A stretch of DNA of 63,218 nucleotides, filler included, from Basidiobolus ranarum (Eukaryota): assembly GCA_040143965.1 (NCBI GenBank). It is 13 parts of 13 records of this genome, joined end to end, with 100 filler letters (N's around TTAATTAATTAA, not from the genome) between each part and the next. Parts side by side here need not be neighbours in the genome. Positions count along the whole stretch, not along the records: positions 24,399 to 29,171 come from JASJQH010001835.1; positions 29,272 to 34,043 come from JASJQH010001836.1; positions 34,144 to 38,914 come from JASJQH010001837.1; 10 more parts are not named here. The stretch is one strand, 5' to 3'. The notes beneath the pieces were generated by a model that was not told the DNA's origin, ran no database searches, and saw nothing but the letters and a program-made list of their open reading frames with translations. Positions 25,510 through 36,153 of the stretch are shown piece after piece. The translations under genes and the position numbers were made by a program. Positions within the stretch are counted from its first letter, which is position 1, and the number at the start of each line of letters is the position of its first letter.

Positions 25510-25935
25510 TGTCTGTATATACTTATGAGAATAAGCTGTTGGATTTTTGCAAATTTCTGTAAAGAATTCAGCCAATATATCCCTAACTTGCAGTCAACAA
25601 ATGTCCTGCCACAAGTAGATGTGTCTTTGCTTGAATAGATTACCCCATGGCTAAAACAATAATACTGCATATCTTAATCTATCTCACCAAGAAGTCAGTC
25701 TTGCAGCTTTACTAGAAATACCATCAGATAAGCACACAACCAGATTAGTCCAAATTATAGAGGTACTTACTCTGTGTTAATCAATTGGACTTTGCTGCTG
25801 TTATTGTGCTCAAACAATGCAAAAACCTGTGAGCACATTGAAAAGAGCACTTTGTTAGAAGGTTAATATACTCTGGAGTCTCCTTAACCCCTTGCATTAC
25901 ATCCATCACTGATTTTGCTGATGCATTGTTAATCA
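25510..25935 (-). mobile_element. Inverted fragment of CMC transposase 3' region
   Basis: Reverse complement of about 24750-25170. Confidence 0.7.
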
Positions 25936-26446
25936 GCTTACCCAAACAGAAATTTGAGGATTGTTATTGTAGGAAAACTGTCACAATTTTAATCCAATTG
26001 GGATTGACTGTTTACTTACCATCATAAAATTTTCAAGTTAGATTTGATTTTAATCAATTTTTTCAGTTTCAGCAGTGAAATTTCAAGATCTTGCAAAATA
26101 GTTGCACACAATTGGCTACAATCTCAGAGAACTATGGATCAACACATGTGCAAAAAATGTAACTTAAATTTTATACAATTACCACTTGAATGCTAATTTG
26201 TCACATTTGAAATCCCTATTTGTTTCCAAAAACCTAAGATAAGCCAAATGAAATAAGTCAAGTGTTAAAAGTCTGGTGACTTGTGGTACAAGCAGTAATT
26301 CCCAAAGAGGAAAATACGGAGAATGGTGACTGCATCTGAACATAAAGTCTAAGGCCAATCAGTTGCTTGTATAGCTGAAATGCCAAAAGTACCATACTTT
26401 GACAGACTAGGTTAAGGTTCCCTAGCAATATAGGCATAGCATACAA

Positions 26447-26519
26447 GGACTGGTAGCTCAGTGGTTAGAGCACCTTGCTAGAGTGAAGGAGGTCCCAGGT
26501 TCAATTCCTGGCCAGACCA
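26447..26519 (+). tRNA. tRNA-like module in LTR1 (pseudo-tRNA, nominal anticodon AGA)
   Basis: 73-nt cloverleaf: acceptor GGACTGG/CCAGACC (A3:A70 mismatch), D arm GCTC/GAGC, anticodon arm CCTTG-CTAGAGT-GAAGG, short variable loop AGGTC, T arm CCAGG-TTCAATT-CCTGG. A box TAGCTCAGTGG; B box GGTTCAATTCC. Confidence 0.8.
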
Positions 26520-26779
26520 ATATTTCTCCCTAAATAATTTCAACAGGTTATGAGCCCCGGTTAGTGCTAAATCCGGAAATCCTGCTTGAGGGGGAATGTT
26601 GAAAGTCTGGTGACTTGTGGTACAAGCAGTAATTCCCAAAGAGGAAAATATGGAGTATGGTGACTGCATCTGAACACAAAGTCTAAGGCCAATCAGTTGC
26701 TTGTATAGCTGAAATGCCAAAGTACCATACATTGACAGACTAGGTTAAGGTTCCCTAGCAATATAGGCATAGCATTCAA

Positions 26780-26852
26780 GGACTGGTAGCTCAGTGGTTA
26801 GAGCACCTTGCTAGAGTGAAGGAGGTCCCGGGTTCAATTCCCGGCCAGACCA
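26780..26852 (+). tRNA. tRNA-like module in LTR2 (pseudo-tRNA, nominal anticodon AGA)
   Basis: Identical to the LTR1 copy except T stem CCGGG/CCCGG. Confidence 0.8.
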
Positions 26853-27167
26853 ATATTTCTCCCTAAATAATTTCACATCCTGAACCTTCCAAGTAATGCC
26901 TGGTTTATTGTTTTTCCACAATTGGCTTAAATCCAGGTGATTTTGGGCAAGATTTGGCATAGTTTCCAAAATGTTAAACCACTCATCATCAGAGCCAGTG
27001 ATGGCAGCTGTGACATTCAGAGTCTTTAGGGTTGCTGGATTTCCTATGAGTTTTCTACTTTCATATGCCCGAGCAATTTTGGGTCATTGGGTAGGCTTAA
27101 TAGGCCAACACTTATTCTGCTCTGCTAGATTGTCATGGTGACATTCAAATGTATGGAGTGGGATTGA

Positions 27168-27779
27168 TCAAAATCCCATATGAAAATGGACTGAGGGAAC
27201 AGCACGTTGCTGTACCTCAAGTACTGCATTCTGAAGGTCTTGCATCATTATTGAGTGACTCTCTAACTTTAACCTAGTTGCTTTTGAAGGCTGCAACAAT
27301 TGCAATATTGCGGCATTATTGCTTGTCATGGCCTGTTTAGCAACTTCATAGTTTTTACTTCTGATTGCATACAAACCATTATGGTGTTCTGCCTGCAATT
27401 CCCTTATTGTAATAATTCTATTCAAATTTTCTACAGAGGGTTGTTCAATTGTGGGCAAAGTAGCCAATTTGGAAGTTGATGGTCTTGATAGTGTTTTGGT
27501 TGAACTTTGCTCAACTGTTGATTTACTGTGTAATTGGGGAATCACAATCACTTTACTTGCACTATTGCTGGAAAGGAACAAATCTGGTAAATTGATTAAT
27601 GCTTCATCATTACTTGAGTTAGTTACAAGCATGTTAATGCCTTCCAAAATGGATAGTGGATTGCTAGCCCGCTCCTCAATTAAGTTCTCTGTTCTTGCTG
27701 TTTTTTTTCCTTTTGTGCTAGCCGGCTTTGGCTTGGTAGCCAATTTTGACTTGGATTTTGAAGGCTTTTTGAATGGCAT
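27168..27779 (-). pseudogene. Transposon-borne accessory ORF of unknown function (basic N-terminus, coiled coil)
   Basis: MPFKKPSKSKSKLATKPK... Homologous broken copies at 31519-32070 (+), 46490-47147 (+), 48340-48649 (-) and 3387-3560 (+), always inside the CMC repeat. Confidence 0.6.
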
Positions 27780-29271
27780 TGAAATTTTCAGATGGTAAGC
27801 TTGGTGTAATGAAATTGTTTAGAAACAGCTTATAATAATCCAAAATTGCCATCCATTACCAGAAATATGTTGTAAATCCCCTGATGACTTATATGTGACA
27901 CTATCTCAGAATCAGCCAAAGATATTGATAGGCTATATCTAAAATACCACCCTTATGTGGGAGGTGTTCTTTTTTCTACAATATCCTACTCATGCTGCAA
28001 CACAAATGCTTAAAGAAGCCCAGCTATTATTGTTGCAAATTCTTGTGCTATGAAAGCCCAAGGCTTCATAGAAAAAATAATCACAAGCACAGTCACTGTA
28101 CAAAATCACCGGCTGCACAAAGCCTGGTGTATAACAATGGTAATAAGTGCACTAAATTGACTTTAGATTATCAACAACTATTTTGAGGATACAGTGACAA
28201 AGGGAGTAACAGGAGTCAACTAAATAACTCTGGCTGCAATTTAGCATGGTTAACATTGTTGAGAGATTCTTTAAAAGGATTTCACCATAATGTATTGTCA
28301 AAATTAGGGGGTCTTGGAGGTATTGGAGGTCTATCTCTCAAGAAACACCCTGAAAAACTTGTCAAAGAAATTAATCCACAGTTTTTAGATCTTGTAGATC
28401 TTCCCATTGGAAAAAAGTATCAAGAGAAGAGCATTACCCCCATCACTGGTCAGATTTCAAAATGATCACCAATAGCAATTCACCAAATAGTCAGTCTAAC
28501 ATCAAGCTTGGTATAAGCTATAAGCCTAAGATTATATTGCTAAAGGGGATCAGCTGGAGCCAGTGCTTCCCAATAGGCACTATGCACTTACTATTCACCA
28601 ACATTCCAATACTACATACTCAGCTATATAGTGGAAAATTCAATATGAATGAGCCATTTGAGATAGGATCAAAGTTTGAATCCACTGGGAAAATGCTGAA
28701 AATATCAAGATACCATCATATTTTTCCAGGACTCCTATTAATATCGACTGATCTAGGTGTTTATTCAATTGCAAAGACTGGAAATATTAGATTTGTATAT
28801 ATTCAAGTGGATTTTTGAAAAGATTTCTGCCTGCTAAGTATTAGCAACATTGGGAGTTGTTTGTCAATTTTGTTAATATATTCTTATGGCATCCATTCAC
28901 ATTGGCAGATCTCAGGCAGATACATCAACTGTGCAAAGATTTTGTAATTGGATATGGAAAACTTTATCACAGGTTTAAAGAAGACAGACTGAATCTATGC
29001 TGGTATTGAATACATTCCCTGCCACATCTTTCTCAATGCTTAGATATTATAGGCTCTTACTATATATTCTGGGAGTTCCCAATGGAGCACACCTGTGGTG
29101 AAATGATGCTCCATGTGAAATTGTCAGTATTACCATATGCTAATTTGATTAATAATTTATCAGCAAAATCANNNNNNNNNNNNNNNNNNNNNNNNNNNNN
29201 NNNNNNNNNNNNNNNTTAATTAATTAANNNNNNNNNNNNNNNNNNNNNNNNNNNNNNNNNNNNNNNNNNNN

Positions 29272-30790
29272 GAAAAAGGCCAAAATTCTGTTGGAAATTG
29301 ATCTCTACAGAGCTGGAAACCGGCTGTCTGTGAGGTTTACTAAATATGCAATCTTCACACAGATCCTATTAAGTGATATTTTCAATTACTAAGCCTGATA
29401 CAAGCTGATATCAGATCATTTGGGTCAGCATTTGTTCCCCAATGTGGCCTAATCTTCCATGCCATGGTTGAATGCTTAATTTATCAATTTTGGCCAAGTT
29501 TCCTTGCTTAGAATACATTTTGTTTTAAAACTAGCTTGTATAGGTTTTGGGTTTTGATCTCAGAAGCTAATTTGGTATTATTCTGATCACTGATGGTGCA
29601 TCCAGCTTTGCTGAGCATGAAATTTAGTCCCTGAGTTGTTGCCTGGCTCACTAAGAGTAGATTCTTGGCTATATCAACTACATAGAGTACATCATCCAAT
29701 TTGGCAGATGGTGTGGCTGAATTCCAGTCTAAATTGAGCACAACTGCACCCTTACCAACTGCATCTAGTACATAGTCATTTCCTAACTAGACTTACATTG
29801 TTTGGATGGGTTCTAAGCTGGAAAACCAATCTTTCTTGTTCAACATATGTTGGGAAGCTCAGAAATCAATGTATCATATTTCTGAGTCCTCTTTAGTGGT
29901 TACTGATAGGGCAGACCCTGTTAGATGATCCCAATCAGTATTTACTTGATTTGCTTGTTCCAATTTTAGCTTTTGGGCAAAAATCCTTTTTTTGCAATCT
30001 TTGATAAAATGGCTTGGTTTCATGCAATACTTGCAGATGATTGCTATTCCATAAGGAGTACTATTATCAAAGCCTGTTACATATTTTACAGCTTCAAAAA
30101 ATGCCTGATATGAATTTTGTTGCTGAGAATTAGATCTCCATAAGTCAATAATTAGAAGCCTAGCACCCACTTTTTCCATTATTAATGGCTCTGATCTTGA
30201 TTTTAGGGCAGTTATGAGGCTCCCAAACCTATCTGGCAGGCTCCCAAGTAGTGTCATGATCAATATACTTGATTTGGAGGTGCTGCAATGGATAAGAGCT
30301 GATCAGCCTTGGTTTTTATCTAATTTATATGATTAAGCATAGAATATCAGAATTCATCTGAATTGAGAATAATTTTGCCCAAGATATGACCTATTAGCCA
30401 GACTTTTAGCCTCATTTAGTCCTGCAAATGTTTCCCAAGCATTTTGGATGCTTTTGGCTGATTGTATGTGCCTTAATTGAGAGTTTCTGAGATGTAGACA
30501 AAGTATAGAGTGCATTCCTCTGCTTCTTGTGAAAGGCTAGGATAGCTTCTGGTGGTCCCTTTGGCCTATTTCGTACTCCATGACAAATCCCCAAAGGTCC
30601 TTGTCTTCTAGCACCATTTGTATCTTGAACTTCCAAAGGTGATAGTGTCAACCATCAAACTTCTCTGAGGATGCAAAAACATTGGTCATAGTACTAGTAG
30701 CCATTCAGTTAACAGCTAGTATGGGGCTCATAACCTGATGAAAGTGCTAGGAGATGTGGAGGTGTATGGTAAAAGTGTAACAAAGCTAGT
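29272..30790 (-). mobile_element. Degenerate copia element, 5' half (LTR end, PBS, gag, zinc knuckle, protease, GAG-pre-integrase)
   Basis: PBS at 30723-30735 (reverse complement GGTTATGAGCCCC). IMTLLGSLPDRFGSLITAL; CKYCMKPSHFIKDC; LDDVLYVVDIAKNLLLVSQ; WHGRLGH. Confidence 0.88.
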
Positions 30791-30899
30791 AAACACCTGG
30801 CTGCTCAGATGGATTGAACACTCCACTAATCATTGATGAAAGTAGCTTCCTGTGCTTTAGGTGTAATATGTTGAGATATGCTTGCTAATAAACAAGAGT

Positions 30900-32115
30900 C
30901 ACCAATAAAACATTAGCTACTTCTTTGTCTGTTTCTGATATACTGCCATCAGTACTGGAATAACCAAGGTCAATATTTAGCAGCCTGTCCACAAAGTTTT
31001 CTGGACTTATTGGTTTAACCAAACTTGCACTTTGACCAACATCTTTGTGGTCATATAACTATGATATCTACAGCACATCATGACTTTCAGCTCACTTATC
31101 AAAACTTTGAGATAAAGTACAACTAAAGCATGCAGCAGGCAAAGCTCCAACAGTCTTTGTGCAATTGTTACTCTTGATACTCACCAGGCTTGGCACAGCT
31201 GGTGTATTGGTACAATGACAGTGCTGATGCTCCTTTTGTCTATGAAGCCTATGGCATTCACAGCATAAGAATTTTTGACAATAATGGTAAGAATTCTTTG
31301 AATTTTTATGTTAGGCCATGAGAAGAATACCATAGACTAAAGCACCCCTACTAGGTAAAGGTGGTATTATAGGAATATCCCATTGATACCATCAACTACC
31401 TCTAGGATGGTGCCTCTGATGAGTTCTCAGATGATTTATAAGATATTATTGGTAATGGATGGTAATATTGGCTTAATAAAGTTGTCTATAAGTTTTAGTT
31501 AACTCTCTGAATAGTCTAATGCCATTGAAAAAGCATTCAAAATCTAAATCAAAATTGGTTTCTTGGCAGAAGACTGCTGGCAGGAGAGGAAAAAGACCAT
31601 CAAGAATAGAAAACCTGATAGGTGAGCAGTCTGCCATTCCACTATCAACTTTGGAAGACACTAACATACCAGGAACTAACTCAAGTAGGAATGAAGTGGT
31701 TATCAATATACAAGATGAGTTCCTTTCTATATATAGCGCAAGAGAAGAGATTAAAATTTCCAAGTTTCATTGCAAATCAATAGTTGAGCAGATTTTCACA
31801 GACACACTGTCAAGAATATCAACTTCCATAATGACTACATGGCCAAATATTTCACACTTATCCATAGACAATATGGATAGAACTGTTACAAATTGGGAAT
31901 CTCATGCAGAACTCTAATGATTTGTATGTAATCATAAGTAATAACTAAGAAGCTGCTTTTCATACCAATTCAGTCAATTACACAGCATTATTGTAATTAA
32001 TGCAGCACTCTGACACAGCTAGTCATTAGTTAAATAGTCACCTGATAATAATACAAGACCTTCAGAATTACTTCCAGGAGACTCTCAATCCAAGAAGGCA
32101 AATCAATATGGGATT
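30900..32115 (-). mobile_element. Degenerate CMC element, central region (divergent intergenic region plus accessory ORF 31519-31917 on +)
   Basis: Reverse-complement homology to about 27170-28200. Confidence 0.65.
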
Positions 32116-32600
32116 TGTTGAAATTAGGTATATAGCAGCTTAATATTTGGCAGTTTGTTAATTTGTATTTTTAACGTTTAGACCTCAATGCTAGTTATCA
32201 AAACATGTGTTTATTACTTTAATTCATAGATATCAATTAGATCACTTGTGCCAATTATGAAAAATTACACAACACTTTTTCATATGTCCTTAAATTTACA
32301 ACAATGTTTTACCAGCTTGTTTGTTATGATCTAAACATATCTAATGATCCTGTTTCAGAACAAACTATGCACATGCCATATTGAAGTCAATAAATCTTAT
32401 GTGCTGAATGCACAATTTTTAGTCTTTTTAACTGCTTAAAAGCCACAAGTCAGCTGTCAAAGGAATGTCACAACTGCTATTTTCAGTGTTTGCATCTCCA
32501 GAGAAGTTATATTATGAAAATCATTAACTTTGCTAATAAAGATGCAACTGTTGCTATAAGATAAGCTCCCTTTGGGAATTGTGCAGGTTCTTACCGTAGT
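32116..32600 (+). mobile_element. Old copia LTR with eroded PBS and gag start
   Basis: Starts TGTTGAAATTAGG; collinear with the LTR at 3034-3386. Confidence 0.65.
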
Positions 32601-33506
32601 CAGTTACTTACCAGTTATTAATTGTGTTACAGTCTGCAATATATACTTTAACTCTTTGTTAAAGGTTTCAAAGTAAGAACCCAGATGGAAGTAAGCTACC
32701 AAACCACAGACACCTTAAACAAGAAATCTAGACTGCAATCACCAATGACACAGCCATTTTTGGTGAGAGAATACCATATGCTATTGAGAGTTGAAAACAC
32801 CAAAGCTCCCTATGAGACCAATGGAAGAAACTCCAATAGAGATTGATACAGTGAATGGAGAGCAACTACTGAAGATGTAAGCAAAGTGATTGTGCTTTAC
32901 ACACCAAAAGAAGGGACTTTATTATAGATATTGTCAAGGCAGCAAGGCATGGGATGGTAAGAAGAGCTTGAACATTGGTGTGATTCTCAATGAGTCAGAC
33001 AAAAATCAACAAGAAACTTAGGCCACATTGCAACAGAATGCTGAATATCTTTGGAATGTGAATGAGAACTCAGGAAGACTACTATATCTCAATAGAGTTA
33101 TATATGGAACTACCACCAGAATGATGATTGACATAGCTGCACCCCATAAGTACATACCATCTCAGTTTGCCAACAAAGCAGAAATCTACTCAGGCCTCTT
33201 CCAACCACCATTGTTTCTACTGGAACTTGAACAGCACACTTTAGTGGTTAAACTACAAGTTTCTTGCAAATCCCTACAGGAGACTATCAGGATGGTATAC
33301 AAACTAACTTGTTTGAGAGCTTTGATTTTGACTTGATGCCTAGAAAGACCTAACTATTCAGCATCCAAATATTAACTGGAATACCCAAGAGATTACTGTG
33401 AGAAAAGAAGGCAAGACATATCTACTTATGTCAGCAAGAATGGAGGATACCATTTTCAAGACCAGCCAAAAGAGTCATATACCTGCCTGTCTGAGTCAGT
33501 TCAGCC

Positions 33507-34043
33507 AGTTGAAATTGAGTCTATAGCAATTCATTATTTAGTAGTTAGTTTACTCATACTCTGATTTTGGCACTCAATACTGCAATTCAAAAATGTGTGT
33601 TTATTGTTCTAATTGATAGAAATATCAATCAAATCACTCTTACCAATCTTCACTATTTTCTCAACACTTCTCCAAATCACCTCAAATTTTCATCCATGCT
33701 TAACAGGCATCTTTGTTATGCTCTAAGTATGTCCAATAGTTCAATCTCATATGAAACTATAAATAGACATATTTAATTCAATAAAACTTAAGTGTCAAAT
33801 TCACAAATCCAAAACTTGTCTATGACACTTCCATATCTCCTGCGCAACTTTATTAAGTTACAAGCCTCAGACTAGCTGTTTGAGGAATGTCTACTGACAT
33901 TATTACCAAGGTTTTTGCATATACAGAGAAGTTTGATGGTGAAGACTTTCATCTTTGGAAGTTCAAGACATCAATGGTGCTAGAAGACAAGGTCCTTTGG
34001 GGATTTGTTACAGGAACAGAAATAGAGCCAAAGAGACCAGCAG
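33507..34043 (+). mobile_element. copia 5' LTR (33507-33855), degenerate PBS and gag start (33887), truncated by contig end
   Basis: LTR homology; AGTTACAAGCCTCAG at the PBS position; MSTDIITKVF..EKFDGEDFHLWKFK..MVLEDKVLWGFVTG. Confidence 0.85.
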
Positions 34044-34143
34044 NNNNNNNNNNNNNNNNNNNNNNNNNNNNNNNNNNNNNNNNNNNNTTAATTAATTAAN
34101 NNNNNNNNNNNNNNNNNNNNNNNNNNNNNNNNNNNNNNNNNNN

Positions 34144-36153
34144 GAATCTATGCTGGTATTCAATACATTCCCTGCTGCATCTGTCATAATGCTTTGAGAT
34201 TCTAGGCTCTTGCTATACATTCTGCAAGTTCCCATTGGAGTGCATCTGTGGTGAAATGATGTTTGGTGTGAAATTGTTAATATTACCAAATGCTAATCTG
34301 ATTAACAATGTATCAGCAGAATCAGTGATGGATGTATTGCAATGGGTTAAGCAGACTGCAGACAATATTAACGTTCCACAACAGGCTCTTTTCAATGTGC
34401 TCACTTGTTTTTGCATTGTTTAAGCACAATACATGCAGCATAACTCAGTCCATTGACTCCAAGTAAGTACCTCCATAATTTGGGTGAACTTGTTTGTGTG
34501 ATAATCTGATGGTTTTTTTAGTTGTTGACTGCAAGTTGAGGATATTTTGGCTGAATTCTTTATGGAAATTTGCAAAATAAAAGAGCTTATTCACACTCTG
34601 AATGGTAATAAGAGTCAGCTATTTGCCAAGTGTCAATGCTATTCAAAGTTTTGGATGTTTAGCAATTTTCCCACCATCATTTTGCTAGCACAATATATAG
34701 ATATTGCTGAGTTATGTCTGCTCAGTCAACTATGTGCATATGTAGATACTAAGCACAACAAAATTCTTGTATTTTTTGATTTTCACTATTGCTGGAATAC
34801 AAAGCCTTAAATATCTAAATATAGGCATGCATTTTAATTCAAATTTCTATAGCAGTAAACCCAGTAATTTGCCATTTGAAAGTAAGTTTTTTGTGAAAGT
34901 TGTTAGAAACTAAATAATGCAGATCAAGTATAAGGATCAATATTCATCATATATGAACACCATCAAAATCTTGTCAAGAAGCCACCATCTTACTATCAAA
35001 TAACCTGGCTGAATGTAAGCTATCAATGTTGTGATGGTCCTCTGATGGGTGGATCCAATCTAGATCAAATTGAATTTGTTTTTGTTAAGGTCTCTATGCT
35101 CACAACCAATTACTGAAAGAGCATTTGTGCTGTTAAGATATAATATCTACAAGAAGTTTGAATCTGATTGAACAGGACCATGCAAATTTATTAATTATAA
35201 AAATTTACCATATCTGGAAAAAAATTAGCAATGCATATGGATAACTTTGTGGAGCCTCCATTTGCAGAATTGGAATGGGTATCTTATGGGGTTCAGTTAG
35301 ATGAGTATTCTTTTACAGTAGGTATAATTGTATATGTTGGTGGCACTCTTGCCATTGAGAAATTTGGAGGTTCCAGCATGCAGAATGTGCCATCATGCTG
35401 TAGATTCTATCAGATCAATGGGCTTTACAGTATTAGGTATATGTAATACTACTATCCAAGTACAACACTGGACTCCATGACTTTACCATCAAGTGCCTGA
35501 TCAGATCTCAACATGCTCACTGATATCAATTCACTAAATGGTCAGTCCAATTTCAAACTTGAAATGGGCCATAAGCCTAGGATTATGTTGCTTAAGGGGA
35601 TTATCCAGGGCCAGAGCTTTCACATTAGGCACTATGCACTGACTAATCAATAATATACTAATACTGTTTACTCCACTACATAGTGGAAAACCAAGTCTGA
35701 ATGAGCCACACAAGGTCTGAGCATAGTTTGAATTCATTGCAACAATGCTTGAAACTTGCAAGACACCATCAGATTTTATTGGGACTCATATCAAAATCCA
35801 TTCATTGGGGCATTTATTCAAATGTAAAGACTGCAAGTCTTGCATTTGTATATATTCAAGTGAAATCTTGAAAAGATTACTGCCTGACAAGTAATGTGCA
35901 TCAGGAGTTACTTGTGGATATTTTAATATTTTAATATGGTGACAAGTCACATTGGCACATCTTGAGCAGAAACAGCCGCTGTGCAAAGAGTTTTAATCAA
36001 ATAAGAGAACTTTATTACAGGCTTAAAGAAGATAGACTGCACATACGCCAGTATTTGACATATTGCTGCAGCATCTTTCACAATGCCCCATAATTACAGG
36101 CCCTTTGCTATACACTCTGGGTGTTCCCAATGGGGTGTACCTGTGGTGAAATG
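34144..36153 (+). mobile_element. Degenerate CMC/EnSpm transposase fragments (two partial copies)
   Basis: IHSLLHLS...FPLECICGEMMFGVKLLILPNANLINNVS at 34150-34320. A second copy at ~35300-36153 (RGLSRARAFTLGTMH; FPMGCTCGE) is cut by a copia LTR. Confidence 0.72.

Larger units (their letters stand above)
26263..26877 (+). mobile_element. Complete non-autonomous LTR retrotransposon (TRIM) with a tRNA-like gene in each LTR
   Basis: LTR1 26263-26545 (TGTT...CAACA); LTR2 26597-26877 (TGTT...CACA); 8 substitutions and 2 indels between them. The 51-bp interior holds only PBS GGTTATGAGCCCC (26546) and PPT GAGGGGGAA (26588-26596). Flanked by TCAAG/TCCTG, a degenerate 5-bp TSD. The empty site AAGTCAAG|AACCTT is visible in other copies of the host repeat (~46433, ~48080). 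Confidence 0.9.
25941..29171 (+). mobile_element. Degenerate CMC/EnSpm DNA transposon: left end, minus-strand accessory ORF, plus-strand transposase; carries the TRIM insertion
   Basis: Terminus CCCAAACAGAAATTTGAGG at 25941. Accessory ORF 27168-27779 (-). Transposase remnants ~28200-29171 (GISWSQCFPIGTMHLLFTNI; IHSLPHLSQCLDIIG..FWEFPMEHTCGEM). Confidence 0.75.

Noticed and set aside
26447-26852. A pair of ordinary tRNA-Ser genes, or an amber (CTA) suppressor
   Set aside because: The canonical register places AGA, not CTA, at 34-36. There is no long variable arm or terminator, the stems have mismatches, and both copies sit within LTRs.
32600-33500. CpG-poor segment with a 102-aa ORF; similar unassigned segments at 13620-14170 and 44700-45350
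   Set aside because: Probably decayed repeats, but there is no diagnostic motif or second copy in the window.
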